Assembly: GCA_965235115.1 (NCBI GenBank)
Contig: OZ249441.1
Coordinates: 31,372,001-31,436,000, forward strand
Length of the DNA stretch: 64,000 nucleotides
Origin: Laetmonice hystrix
Lineage: Eukaryota
Direction: 5' to 3'
Below, one piece after another: positions 51,136 through 64,000 of this stretch. The translations under genes were made by a program, and so were the position numbers. Position 1 is the first letter of the stretch. Each line of letters begins with the position of its first letter. The notes beneath the pieces are model-generated. The model was not told the DNA's origin, made no database searches, and saw only the letters and a program-made list of their open reading frames with translations.

Positions 51136-52671
51136 ACCCATAAACGATAAAAGGAACAAAGACATCAGGAAATGAAATTTAGTGACATTCACACCAAGAG
51201 CCCCGTACTTATAGCCAAAGTACCAAATTATGGGTCGTTTTCTTCTTTAATTTAAGGAGGAAACTATTAAGTATTTACATATATGTGTAGGTATTACGTA
51301 GCGCCGCCCTGGACAACAGCCATACTGTAGTGCCACCTTACCGACATGCTTTTAAATATATTCTAAAAACAGCTGCTTCGGTCAGTTGAACCTAGATCTT
51401 TAAACCATCCAAGTTAATTACTTTTGTAGTGCTAAAGTCTAAGCACTTCTATATTACCGGTAACATAATTATCTTATATATCATGTATTTTTTTCATGGC
51501 TTTAAACATATATTTACCACTCCTCCTGACTATATCGAAATTGACTCATTTTTCTGACTACAACGTGGTAAACACATAGATACTTGACCAAAGTTTCTTC
51601 CATATGACACATGGCGTCATAGGACATCACGTCATGGAGTTATGACGTCAAAAAGTTTTAGAAAAGGGGCATGAATACGGGAGCATTAGATAAATGTGAG
51701 TAGTAGAGAAGTATATGGAAAAGGGCCGTTGGATCGGGTATCTAAAAACGGTGAACCATTCATTAATGCTCCAGCTACATCTCATAATCATGTTCAATAT
51801 GTAGATGAGGATAACTCTATTATTCATGACTTCTTAATATCAAAGTGTTGGCAGCATTGAAAATATATTTTACAGGGCCCTTGCATGTCAGCAATCACTT
51901 AGGGTGCACTTTGCAGTCAGCACATATTGCTACACACATATAAGATGACCAGAGTAAAAGGTTCTGAAAATCAAGATCGTCTGAGTGCATGCTCACCTCA
52001 ACGTTCACTGAAAGTGCTGATACGATGTTCCTTTTATTATCGTGTATATTACATGAGATCTAAGACATGATGGTGATAGCTTATATTGTTCGTAATCTGA
52101 CAGAGGTTATAATCGTAATGTTAGCAGACGGTCACGGCTCCCAAGGATGACTTAGTTTAGGTCAGGTTCAGTACTCCGGAAACCACGTCAAAACGAGAAG
52201 CGGATCAATCACAGCACACGCAGCAATTGTCACTCAATACTATAACGACCGGCTTGAATGTTCTGTCCCTACAAGCCATATCATTTTAGAAGCAATATTG
52301 AAGCAGGTATATTATTTTTTAAATGCTGTAATTACTTGGCAAACTACTGGAAAAAACAAACAATATGGGCCTCTGTGTTAAAAACACTTTGTACGCCCCG
52401 AAAAGGATTACACGTAAACGACATCTAAATTGATATCCTACTGAGTAATTTGAAATGTTATCTTCTGAGCTTCGAACCACCATACATGGTAATGTACGGC
52501 TTTACGTGATGGTGATTACTATTTGCATTTGCTGGAGGAAATGCTACTTTATGATAGTTTTAATTATAAGTTCCTACTACTAAAGTTTCAGTACTAAATC
52601 TCTATTTTTGACATGTATATTTTGACATAGTTCGATGAAATCACCACAACTAATGGTCGTTTATTTAGGGG

Positions 52672-52762
52672 TTAGATCCTGGCCTTTGGTGGTCGCGTTC
52701 GCCCCGATGGAAAGGTTATCTGACGCCAGACCCGAGGGCGACCATCAAAGGCCAAGGTCTAA
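52672..52762. mobile_element. Isolated hairpin, probable Crypton/Helentron-like terminus
   Basis: 25-bp arms TTAGATCCTGGCCTTTGGTGGTCGC / GCGACCATCAAAGGCCAAGGTCTAA with 3 mismatches. Confidence 0.5.
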
Positions 52763-53948
52763 TGCCTTTATAAACCAAATTTTATATTGAATCAAGCGCT
52801 TGACACTGTATTTACTCGCATTTTTGGCGTTTGTTTGTGCGTGCCCGTTCCGCCTTCCCGTGACCATTCCGTTGTGTCATCCATCGACATCCCATAATAT
52901 GTTCGACCCATATGCAAATTTTCAAACCTTTAACCTTATTGGTGGAGCCGTCTTTACGCCCCGCCCACCTTGTTGGCTGACAGTTTGGCGACTTTAGGCT
53001 CGCCCCGACATGTAAACAAACACAATCTGACATAATGTTGGCAAGATATGTCTATTTAAACAGCCAATCTTCAGTTCTAGGCCGTAGATCCTTTTCATGA
53101 TATCTATACTCGACACTTAGAGCACAAAGGCATGTTCAGGCTTTGGTAAACATCGGCGGAGACCGAGTTGGAGTTGGTGAACTTTTAATTTATGCAGACG
53201 TCATAGACAGGTCACGTGATTGATAACCCTACCTCCATGGAGGTACTGATGGAGGTAGGTATATGACAAGATAACCCCCTCCGGTGACGTCACAGAGCGT
53301 CACATTATGCTTGTTCAGGGCCTAACGTTGTGTAGTCCATCGACTGCGTATGGATAACGAAGTGCGACGGATATACCACGACTAAGCGGTTTATAATTGC
53401 TGATAATCGGTAAGGGCCAGCCGCACAGAAGGTGCTGATAGTGTGGGTTTTGACAATGGCCACTAAAACTCAATGGCTATCAGTATTGATAGTGATGCTG
53501 ATAGCACTATCCCTCTGTGCGGCCAGCACAGGTCCTTACTTGATCTAAAATACTTCCAATGACAGCTACCCGACTCCAAATCTGTATGATTGCTACGTTA
53601 TCCTGCTATAATCTGTGAATGTTTTCCTGGTAAGCCGTTTGATAATGTGTCGAACTATGACGAACAGTATCTTGCCATCACCAGTTTGGTCTATTTGAGG
53701 TGGAGTAATTCTTTGCGTGCTCAGCTGATAACAATGTATTCCCCGTAACCTGACTGATATTCTACGTGCGTGGTGCTGTTCGTTACGTTGCTCTATTGTG
53801 TCCTCTCTGAACACGTCTCAAGACGGCTTCAGAGTTTGCACAGCAGAGGAAACAATCGCTCGGAAGCCTGGGATGTAGACAGACGAACCCTTCAATCATC
53901 CTTTGCCGCTGGCCTGGTGGGGAAACACCTGTAGGTTTCCGCCCAGTG

Positions 53949-54213
53949 GTGGGTGGGTATTTGGGGTTTTACGCCTTGCAACAGCCAGGGTCATATCACG
54001 GCGGTGAAGATGAGATGAAAGTCAGTTTTTCTTGGTGGAGGAAACCGGAGTACCCGGAGGAAACCACCGACCTTCGGGAAGGAACTGACTGACAAACCTT
54101 TCACACATGCAGCCCAGGCCGGGAATCGAACCCGGGTCGCAGCGGTGTGAGGCGATGGTCCTAGGTGTCATGATGGAGCCGACACCTTAGACCACTCGGC
54201 CACCCGAGGCCCC
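53949..54213 (-). mobile_element. Full-length tRNA-derived SINE (V-domain-like core) with 12-bp TSD
   Basis: The minus strand begins GGGGCCTCGGGTGGCCGAGTGGTCTAAGG (A box) and has GGTTCGATTCC (B box), the core GGTTTCCTCCGGGTACTCCGGTTTCCTCCACC and an (ACCC)n tail. TTCCGCCCAGTG is duplicated at 53937-53948 and 54214-54225. Confidence 0.95.
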
Positions 54214-54795
54214 TTCCGCCCAGTGAGGTTGCACCCGGCCCACCACTGTGCAGGCCGCTCCCACGCTTATAAAACATACATCGTGTCTACATGAATCTCT
54301 CACATGTAAGCACACCTTTAACCCGTTCTTCCTGGCTAACCATCAACACTTCCTGTGAACCCTATTTCACTGCGCTTTGAAAACCACTTCCCTCGCTGAG
54401 GTGCCTTTTTCACTTCCACATTCACAAGGTACACCCCACGTTTCAAAAGGATCCGTGTGAAATCAAAGTAACAACACTGCTTGAAATAATCCTTTATTAA
54501 GAAAAAAATATTGAAAAAAATACACAATGGAAGCGAGTTAGAATGAATCCGACAGGAAATATTACTGCCTAAACTGTTTCCGAACAATTTGGTGCCGAGC
54601 TTTTCCTTTCTCTCGAGCCCTCACTAGGAAGATTTATTACCCGGGCAATATATAATTTATAAACCTGATTAATTCACCATAACGGCTAAATGGACAGTGA
54701 TAATTATCCTTGATGGAAGGGATGGAAGGCGGTCAGGATGAAATACTTCCAGATAAACTGTTTGGTAACTGAAGTCAGAGCTTGATAACACTTAC

Positions 54796-54813
54796 TCCAA
54801 GAACATAATACAT
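54796..54813 (-). CDS. Candidate 18-nt micro-exon (phase 2: C-I-M-F-L)
   Basis: Sequence gctttttatttttatcag|ATGTATTATGTTCTTGGA|gtaagt. The CIMF reading resembles the N-terminal C-x-x-F of a CUB domain. It could be a chance splice-site pair. Confidence 0.3.
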
Positions 54814-57800
54814 CTGATAAAAATAAAAAGCAAAATGTGGGTTTACTCCGCATAGAGACGCATCTAAAATCGTCATTCCTTAAAAATATTTGATCCAGTT
54901 TTACCATGAAAAACCTAAGATATAATACCGGGGGATACATAATCTTCCGTTAACTAAAATGTCACACTGAAAATCTATTTGAAATTTAACGACCGGAAAC
55001 GTTATGCGACACCTCCGGCATTTATTAATCATGCTACCTATAGCTGCTCCGAGTACTGCTGAGACTGCTTTAATGATTTCTATCTCCTTGATTGTTATGG
55101 ATGCTACCTACCTGACTCAATCTATAATTCCGGCTGCTGACGTTATCAGATAACTGGTTATACTATCTCTGCGGCTGCTGATAATGTCCCGAGGATTGAT
55201 CACACGTTCATTAACATCAATATCGTGAGACGGTGACCGACTTGCAAATTAAAGTGACGTCAAAAAACTAAATCGTATTGGCAATGTATAGTGTTACTAC
55301 ACAAACACACATCTTGTCTGCAACATGCCTCAGCTATATTTCTAAAAGACACATCCCGGAAGTCAGCCTCGATGTCATTCTTTCTCAAAAACATTTGTCT
55401 TCATTGTGTGTGATGGTTCCATGATAAGCTTTCTCTACGTTCAGTTTATAGATACATTAAATGACTTGAGTGGATGGAAAGGCAGCGAATGTTTTATGGT
55501 GGGTATTAACGAGACAGGCGTAAGTACAACAAACCATTGCCAATACTTCATCACAGCAACCCACTGACGAGAGTAGGAAACCCTAAGAGGTGGTCGCAGA
55601 CACAATACAAGACAGCAATTTAACACCTCTCCCATCCCCATATCTAAATGGACTCTTCATGTGCATTTTGACAGCTACCTTGCGCAGATCTGGTCTTCTG
55701 CACCGACAAGCTGCACGAAAACAAGTCTTAACAGCAGAGGAAGAACCAGTGGATTCCGACAGCCAAGAAAAATACTGCATTCTACAAATTTGGACAGATG
55801 CAGCTGATTTGACAGCCAAGCAGTACCGATGCATTCTGAAAGCCAAACAGAATCACTAGACTATATGACAGCCAAATTGCTCTTACCCTCCGATGTATAT
55901 GGTTAACACCCAAACGAACCAAAGATGTTGATTAATTCGTTTATTAATATAATGAGGATGTTCAAAAAAATATGAAACTCATGATACTGCACCATACCAT
56001 TCATACGGGCCAACAGGGCTGGCGCCCCCCCCCCCCCCCCTAAGACTAAGTGTGACCTTCCAAGGTGTTACATTACACTTAAAGTACAAGAATCACCGTA
56101 AAGGTTATGTGTACATGGACATATATTCCTCTTTGCAACGTCAATGACGAGTCCCCCCAAAACACATTATGAAAACGGAGTTGAAGGTTAGAGATCAGAA
56201 CATCATGTTGCCAGCTAGACAGAGTTGCGGATAACAATGCAACATGACTGGCAGGTAAAGAAGGATCTATCCTCACCGTTTTATCCCGACCAGGTATCTC
56301 CCTCCACAATCACATACTTTCCAAGTCTCAGCGGACGAGCAAACTAGTCAGAGACGATTGCACGTCTTGTATGTTGATATATCACTCTGGTGAGATACAT
56401 CATTAAATGTCCGAGAAAGATTCAAAAGACTTCAAAGTAAAACAGCGTGCAGATTGCGAGTTTTACTGTTGGGCCACAAAGACACGTAGAGGAAGATTTG
56501 GAGGCACCAATGCTCAAAGACTAGCAGAGATCATCATCGCCAGTGATCCTTTGATGATCGTATCATGGGCCTCTCCGACTTAGAATAGATCGTGCACTTA
56601 AACATCAGCGAATTATTGCTAGATACTACTAGATTCGGCCTGGCGAGCCCTAGCCTGATTTGAGATAAACGTGGAGTATAATGGCGGTAAATAAAGTTAC
56701 CCCCTCTAATAACAGTTTGTATTTACCCCAAAATATATCATGGTTAAACTCACATCTGATTCAAATTGTGTGAGCGAATATATCTCAACCGCTAGCAAAG
56801 TACAACTGATTTCCGGTCTGTATTATCCTGTGATCTACAATGTGTACTATTTATATTGCGGCACAGTAGCGAGTCTGTCGGATTGTAAAGGATGTGCACT
56901 ACATGCGCAACAGGAGCTCGTCTTTGATCTGTAAGGAGACGTCACAGAGTACAAACTTGATCAATACAGTCTCTTTGTGACTTGCCTGGCACCAGCTCAT
57001 GGCTGGAACACATCGGCTGTATAAAATTAGACATGACTGATGCTTTCAATGGTATGTACAAAAGATATTGTGAGCAGTAGTGAGCAGTGTAAGTCGTCTA
57101 TAACCTGAATAGCACGGCATCAGCATTTTTTAACATCCGCCATCAGGAGGGGTTTCTTCCCTTTTTTTACCATCTTCCGAAGGTTTAAGTATCCGGGCTG
57201 GAACTAGTTTTTAGCATTTCCTTCGACGTATGTTATTGTGCTCCATCGACACAGATTTATGGCGAGAATTGCACAGTGAAAATTCGCCCATGTCCTTTCT
57301 TTAGTCTGAGTGTTAATGACACAGCTGGGTCTAAACAAGACAAGGCCGTTGTTGCACCTGTGTCGTCAGTCCTGTTGGCCCGTACGAATGGTATGGTACT
57401 GTGTCGTGAAGACAGCTGCAGCGAGGACAACCATTGACTGATAGAGAATCCTCCAGTACACGCAACTAGTCAGGTTGACATGAAACTGGCCAAATGTCAC
57501 CGTCTGATCAGATCCAGAACAACTACCTGCCAAATAAGCTTCCAAGGGGAGCCAACTGAACGGCACTTCGGGTACCAGCGAGATGATGTACACCTTCTAG
57601 TACCAGTCTCAGGTACTGTCATGGTATCCCCCACATAACCCCCACGGTACTCCGGTCCTGGTACCTTCCAGCATTATCATATCCCATGGCACTAGATCTT
57701 TCCCTGCCAGTCTTTGGCAGATGCTAGAGGGCATATTACTTTATAGTGCGAGACCTCCACAGTAGAGTATCCGACAGCAAGATTAAGTCAGTCTACCCTC

Positions 57801-57923
57801 CATTCATCCTCTAAACAAATCCCTCAATAATTGAGCAACAAACCAAGCTTATTCCTGATACATTCTTTCGTCTAGGTACGATCATTTTCTCGGATAGTTT
57901 ATGTTGCGACCGGTAAGGTTGAC

Positions 57924-58882
57924 CAGGCCTTCCAGCAGACCTTGATGAAAAAGTAGGAGAAAAATAGGACCACAATTTCGGAAAAAGTAGGAGAAAAGTA
58001 GGAGTTTGAGTATAAAAAGTAGGATAAAAGCAGGCGTTTTCTAGGCTTGCAGGAGTAGTAGAAATACAGCAAATTGCGTACCCAGGCTGCAAACATTTGA
58101 AAAGGGAAAACCAGAACATCTTCAGCGGCTAACGGAAGAAGTGGAGGTCACCAAGCGCCGAAGGCGCAAAGTCTGCATCTGTCGTAGGCGGGAGGTGTGC
58201 GTGTGCCAAACCTTTCTGCCCCCGGAAAATTTTGAAATATAAGGTGACATTTGGTGCATTTTGTGCATTTTGGAGCACAAAATAGGGTCTGAAATTACAC
58301 GTTAAAAGTGGTCGTTTTTACGAATTTTGTGGGGTGGTAGGCCCCAAGAAACCTAGGGGGCTACGCATCAGTGTATATAAAAAGCCACATTTTTTAAACC
58401 ATATAAGCTTTATTATATTAATAATTTTCTGGTGGAAGGTCATTGTGCAAGGCTAAATTCTGTACTTCATGTAGCCTATTGGTTTTGTGTTACCAGGTGA
58501 CTTCTGTATACATGTGCATGCTGAGTTTCCAACAGGCAAGTCAGACCGCCTAGAAGTCATGGAAACTGCCCAATTCTGAAATTCTGTATGTTGATAATGT
58601 GGTTATTTTGGCTACACTTTTTAAAGTTTATGGCATAGTAAAAATAGAAGGTATATAGGTTACTTAAAAAATATAGGTCCCCAAGTTGAAAAATATGGTT
58701 TCATAGGTTTCGCTGGGAAGCCTGCGTAAATAGAAATGTCGCTCGATCGCACATCAGTGCGCGCGAGATGAATCAGAAAAAAAGTAGGAAAAAGTAAAAA
58801 TTTCAAGAAAAAAAGTAATAAAAGTAGGAGCAAGGCCAAAAAGTAGGAAAACGTAGGAAAAGTAGGATCGCTGGAAGCCCTT
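57924..58882. mobile_element. hAT-like non-autonomous DNA transposon
   Basis: TIRs CAGGCCTTCCAGC / GCTGGAAGCCCTT, imperfect flank duplication GGTTG(A/C)C, and clusters of AAAAGTAGG subterminal repeats at both ends. Confidence 0.75.
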
Positions 58883-60132
58883 GGTTGCCATTTACTGTGA
58901 GACAACCATGGGTGCGGTGGGGTGCCGTTTTCACCTGATTCTGGCGGTGCAGTTCTCCGGTCGGTCCCCTGTCATTGGTTGATTATAACGGCAATGTTGT
59001 CCACATGTCGCCAACGTCATTGACGATCTTCAGGCACTTTTCATGTTAATGTTCATCGGCCCACAGATACCAAATGGTTAGCCCTGCCTTCTGAGCATAT
59101 TAGTGCTATTGTTTATCGACTAATGTTGAAAAGCGGTCAGACTGGACTTGCTACGGGTATAAACTCAATGCTAAAAAGGGATGGCCCAGTTTAAAATAAA
59201 ATTCGGGACAAAGTACGACAGGTTGGCATATACCCCGAATAAGGTTGCCGCAGCGGTAGCTTTGAGAAGCCAAACCACTGGACTGACCACAGGCCCCGAC
59301 GGCGCCATACTGACAGCTATTTTAATTAGCCTAATTTCAGATTTCCAAACCCACAATGACAGCCGTTGCCTCCCTCTTTTACAGCTGTCCCCGCGAACGG
59401 GGCCCTGATTGCCACCCGTTGACAGGTCCTGTTTGAACAGCATGGCGCAGTCTAATTAAAACGGGATCTGTGCCCGATCCACTTAACCAGACTGGGCCCC
59501 GGGGCTACCATTTTATCTACTGGCGTAAAAGTGTAAAATATCAAACAATTACAAGTAGGTCAGGTCATTAGCTTAATGGAAGGCCATCGCTGAATCACTG
59601 CTGAAATACATAAGTTGTACACATGTACATCCATACAGCATCTCAGGATGTTCCAAGCCTCATATCAGCCTCGCTCGAGGCCTAGACTTAGACTTAACGT
59701 AGACTGTTACGTTTTATTTGATACTGGGCCCCTCTGTCTGTGACGGACCATGGCCAACCGACTCCCCGCCTGCATTTTTCACGAGATGTTTTTGTCGTCC
59801 AATATGAACAAACATTCGCTTCTATTTCTGCTCCAATTAAACGTATCTCATTAGGCAAGAGTCGACCCAACTTGTCAGTGGGCTCCTCTTTTATGATGGA
59901 AAAGCTGATTTTACTGGGGAAAAAGGACTCTTTCAAAGGTACAGCTCGTTAAGGCCACTTTCAAAAAGGCCACTTATTCTTCAAAAGGATTATCGCGGCA
60001 GTAAAATTTAAAGGTGAGCTTTTTTGTCCAATTGCTTGTTAAATATTTCATACTAGAAGTGGCATGCTTGGTGACTTTGTTTCTTGTGATGGCAAAACAT
60101 GGAGAAGTGAGCACTTGTATGGGTGGTCCCCT

Positions 60133-60443
60133 ATCCCAACACCACCGACATCTCCACCGGCACATCCCAACACCACCGACATCTCCACCGGCACATCCCC
60201 ACACCACCGACATCTCCACCGGCACATCCCAACACCACCGACATCTCCACCGGCACATCCCAACACCACCGACATCTCCACCGGCACATCCCCACACCAC
60301 CGACATCTCCACCGGCACATCCCAACACCACCGACATCTCCACCGGCACATCCCACCACCGGCATCTCCACCGGCACATCCCAACACCACCGACATCTCC
60401 ACCGGCACATCCCAACACCACCGACATCTCCACCGGCACATCG
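60133..60443. repeat. 31-bp minisatellite, about 10 copies
   Basis: Unit ATCCCAACACCACCGACATCTCCACCGGCAC. Confidence 0.96.
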
Positions 60444-61988
60444 ACGCCCAGTGCCATTGCTCAGTGCCACTGATGATGGATCGTCTCCACAAGAGATGGT
60501 CAAAATAGACAACACCCATTAAGGAGGTTACTGGGCACGTCTTCAAACCTCTTGTTTTAACATGCAACACATGCACAGTCTTCTCGTGATTCAAGTACAT
60601 CACCGACAACATACTCCACGGCTAAAACCCTGACAGTGAAACCTTTAGCCTAACATGTGCGGTTCCTCGACCGGTGGCGCTACCCGCTGTTAGTTCCATT
60701 GATCCCTACAAGATGTCGCTGGCGTCTATGTATTGGCGTATTGACTGACGAAGCGAGCTGCCCACATCCATGCCGTCTACCATGAATGCGCCTGTAGTCA
60801 CTAGATAACGGTGATTTTAACGGTGATGTCACCACAGATTTATCCTGTCTATATCCCTTACAATTATTACATCGTTAACTCGGTTGGATGGAGAATGGCG
60901 AGCACAATTAGCAACCCTATACTGTGCAATGATTTACTAGTTTGGTGCAATATGTTCTATTATAGGAATCCAAAAATCGTAAGTTAACATAAACGTGCAA
61001 ATATATCTTAGGGAGATACAACGATACATCTACTGCTTACATATTATTATGGAAGCTCTGCTCTTGTTCTGTTTTACTTTAACATCCTCATGATCTTAAC
61101 TTCTCTATAAGACATCCACTATGCAGATTTTGTTATACAAAGTGCCAGGTTTTCAGGCGACCTCCTTTGGCGAAAAAAGGGGTAACTGCATTCATCAACA
61201 GCGAAAGCTCCTTACTGGTAGCCCCTCCCTGCACCCTGCCCTTTAACAACGCCGGCTCGCATACCGCTTCTAACTTTACATTTTCCACATCCCTACCATA
61301 AAAAAGGTCAAATCTGTCATCTTGCGACGTCAGACAGGCATGAACTTTGCAGACCGTATTCTGATTTAATATCGGTATATAATATTGCTTCCGAAGCCCA
61401 CAAATTCCTTGGTTCGATAGCGGATAATGAAGGCCTTCAAGAAGCCCGACGTGTCCGGTGGTTGGCATTAAGTGAAAGATGGAGTACTGTGATGGGGCGA
61501 TTTCTTGGTTCTTCATGAACGGGTTTCAAAGTGTACAATGGGCTTCAGCTGCTGACAGGTGAGCTCAGCAGGTGGAAACGAGTTGTAGCAGCCACCATTC
61601 ATCATCAAGTGACCAGTGGTCAGTCTCATGTCCACCAGGAATATATCCGAGAATGATACAGTACTCCGGGCTCGTACTGTGCCCACAGTGATTTGACCAG
61701 TCCTTGCTGTGTCCTATTCATTCTACTACAAAGCATCACACTGACAACTTTCATTTGCAGTCCACATCTGCAAGCAGTATTAGGCTTAAAAATCTATTCA
61801 CTGCGGGAAGCCCCATACAAAGACGATTTTCCCAATACACAGCTGGCTGATAACGATAAACCTATACTCTGAAGAGATACCCATATTGCAATGAGCCACT
61901 GTCACTGGAAACCTTGCAGTTTGGAGATCAAAGATTTCTTTACCAGCATGATTATTAAAATGACACGAAAAAGTCCTCAGATACTTAC

Positions 61989-62011
61989 CTACTTTCGCTT
62001 ATCATTCGAAC
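61989..62011 (-). CDS. Candidate 23-nt micro-exon (VRMISES, phase 0 to 2)
   Basis: Sequence gttaaaatttcag|GTTCGAATGATAAGCGAAAGTAG|gtaagt. Only one frame is open, and it is phase-compatible with candidate 54813. It could be chance. Confidence 0.22.
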
Positions 62012-64000
62012 CTGAAATTTTAACATTATGTTATGGGGTTCAAAGGTAAGTAGATCGGAGGAATGTTTGGCGTCACCTTAATGTTTCATTACACCATTCC
62101 GATATCTCAAACATTTATTAGTCAACGTACAAAGAAATACCTACTAATGCACCATTACATCTGTTCATACAATACAGACGTATAACAGAATATTTAGTTA
62201 TGGACTCTAATGCAATAACGCTCAACTCAGGTATTCAAATATTTCGGTTGTTTCTGATATTTGGCTTCCTGCATATCATAAATGAATCTGAACGTTTCCA
62301 GGGCACGAAACGCTGGAATTTCTATTCTATCGATAGTGGACTGTGTAAAGCACGAGGCCGGAATTGAAGGGTTTTGCGATTCAAATAAGAAAATGGTTCG
62401 CAATGTTGGCGAACCGTCATAGCATGTATTTGCTTAAAGCAAAATTGAATTTGCTATTGAATTCTTGGTAGTTGCTAATCTTTTCCGCAATTGATTAGAA
62501 AATAGTGCTAATCGTATTTTCTTAATGATTTTGCGCCTTAATACTGAACAGCAATACGGAATTGGGAGACCATTCAACATCAGGCTCTTACTGAATGTTC
62601 CTAAGAACGATCTTACTGAAGGGCTTGAGCCGGTACGGCTCACAGCAGTGCTCACAGAGCTCTGGTTTTGGGTCATCCTCCCGGTACGGTAACTCCTAGC
62701 TCATTTCATATTCACCAAGTACAGGATTAGTAACCCGGATGGCGCTGAGTGGAACCTGCTCTGCATTCATACCACCGTCGGCACCTCGTCTCTCTCTCTC
62801 TCTAAAACTGTCAGAATGTGATGCACCTGATGTACCCCAAATACTGCTCATTACGGGAAGGCACAGATTCATTATCAACCACCTCATTCGTTCTAAATTT
62901 GATGCTCAATAATGACTTTCACCAAATTGCACTGTCATCATAAAATGAACGATGTGATTTCACTTGAAACCCCCACGGGAGGTTAAGTTAGAGGTAGGTG
63001 ACACGCAGAGCTATACTCTTCCCAAATGATAAACTTGCTGAACAACATCTTCAACCTCATCACTACCAAACCAATGCCAAAATACAAATATATTTTCGTC
63101 CCATTTCTTTGGTCGGATCTACAGTCTTATATTGTCACGATCATCTGTAAATGTGGTACACTGGCTGCAGAAAGGAGTAATACAAAGGCCCAGGTCAAAT
63201 TAAAGTGGCTCTGGGTGCATTCAATTTCGCGCAAACGGGTTCAGCAATTATACTGCCAATCCCCTTTGGTGCCCAGTATTTCAAACTGTCAGAGCAGCAC
63301 ATCAACTAAGCAAACCAATGGGCACGGAACACGGTATGAACCTAGTGACCCCAAGTCAAAAAGGTCAGGGGCAGACGGTACATAATGTTCCACATGTCCT
63401 TACCAAGTTGGAACCGCCAGCTTGGCCAACATACTACGCCCGCTCTCGTCAACAAGTTGTATTTTTAGGTCTATACTTTGCCTGCCTCTCCTCGACAAAT
63501 CTACAATAAAATCTTCACAGAAAATTCTCACTTCGATCTATAGTTCTTCGTGACGATATCAGCTTCACCAGAATGTGCTGTTGATGGTACCTTGCTTTTA
63601 TCTAGAACAATGGTAGTGTGCTGCCGCTGAAACATGAGCAGTCATCTCGGACGTGGAGAGATCACTGACTGTAGGTCAGGGGCCGATCAGGTTCCAGCCA
63701 TCCTAACCTCCAATCAGACTGGAGCTCCGACTATTGTGGATCAGGCACACATCCGATTCTTCATCTCCGTGTCATCACCGAGGCAAGTACGACTTCTCGT
63801 TTAGGTCATATTTTCATTACTTAAAGAGCAATTAAATGGAAACCAACACATATTCTGAATGATTTCTGGAAAAGGTATGCACACAAATAACGACCGTTTT
63901 AAATTACCTGTAGCGTTTTATGAATAATGTTTTGAAGAAATACAAGTCGGTGGAACAATGAGCGGGACCCGGTGCGATGGAATTACAATGAAATAAAACA

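Noticed and set aside
51341-51361. 21-nt minus-strand micro-exon candidate (tttttag|...TCG|gtaagg)
   Set aside because: No reading fits the expected CUB sequence, and it is within the number of chance pairs expected.
54105-54213. tRNA gene
   Set aside because: It has A and B boxes, but continues directly into a SINE core and tail with a TSD and lacks a proper acceptor stem and terminator.
55563-55585. CTGACGAGAGTAGGAAAC hammerhead-like string
   Set aside because: Helix II cannot form and no NUH triplet follows.
47433-60612. Long ORFs of 108-212 aa at 47.4-48.0, 49.4-50.3, 50.7-51.2 and 60.0-60.6 kb
   Set aside because: They are open in several frames and on both strands only because they lie in tandem repeats or a palindromic MITE. 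They contain no domain signal.

Overview
Eukaryotic, AT-rich and repeat-dense DNA from a metazoan invertebrate, probably a bilaterian (lophotrochozoan-like by inference only). There are no prokaryotic features and no CRISPR array. The only confident host coding sequence is two minus-strand exons (39430-39214 and 38959-38709) with canonical GT-AG sites. They splice in frame to give one complete CUB domain that resembles CUB2 of SOL-1, the suppressor-of-lurcher auxiliary subunit of ionotropic glutamate receptors. A 14-nt micro-exon candidate lies 74 nt upstream of these exons, and weaker micro-exon candidates are scattered elsewhere. The rest of the window reads as very long introns containing: a full-length tRNA-derived SINE with a 12-bp TSD plus partial copies; several MITEs with TIRs and TSDs; Helentron/Crypton-like hairpin elements; many heavily decayed LINE and DIRS fragments; five minisatellite arrays; and a hammerhead-ribozyme core typical of Penelope-like element ends (835-883). 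Other notable signals are a well-spaced antisense GC-box/TATA/Inr core promoter, three same-orientation CTCF consensus matches and clustered TAGGCCTA octamers. Nearly all ORFs in the supplied track are chance or repeat-derived. I found no convincing evidence of a wholly new system. The best leads are the micro-exon architecture of the SOL-1-like gene and the ribozyme-bearing element.
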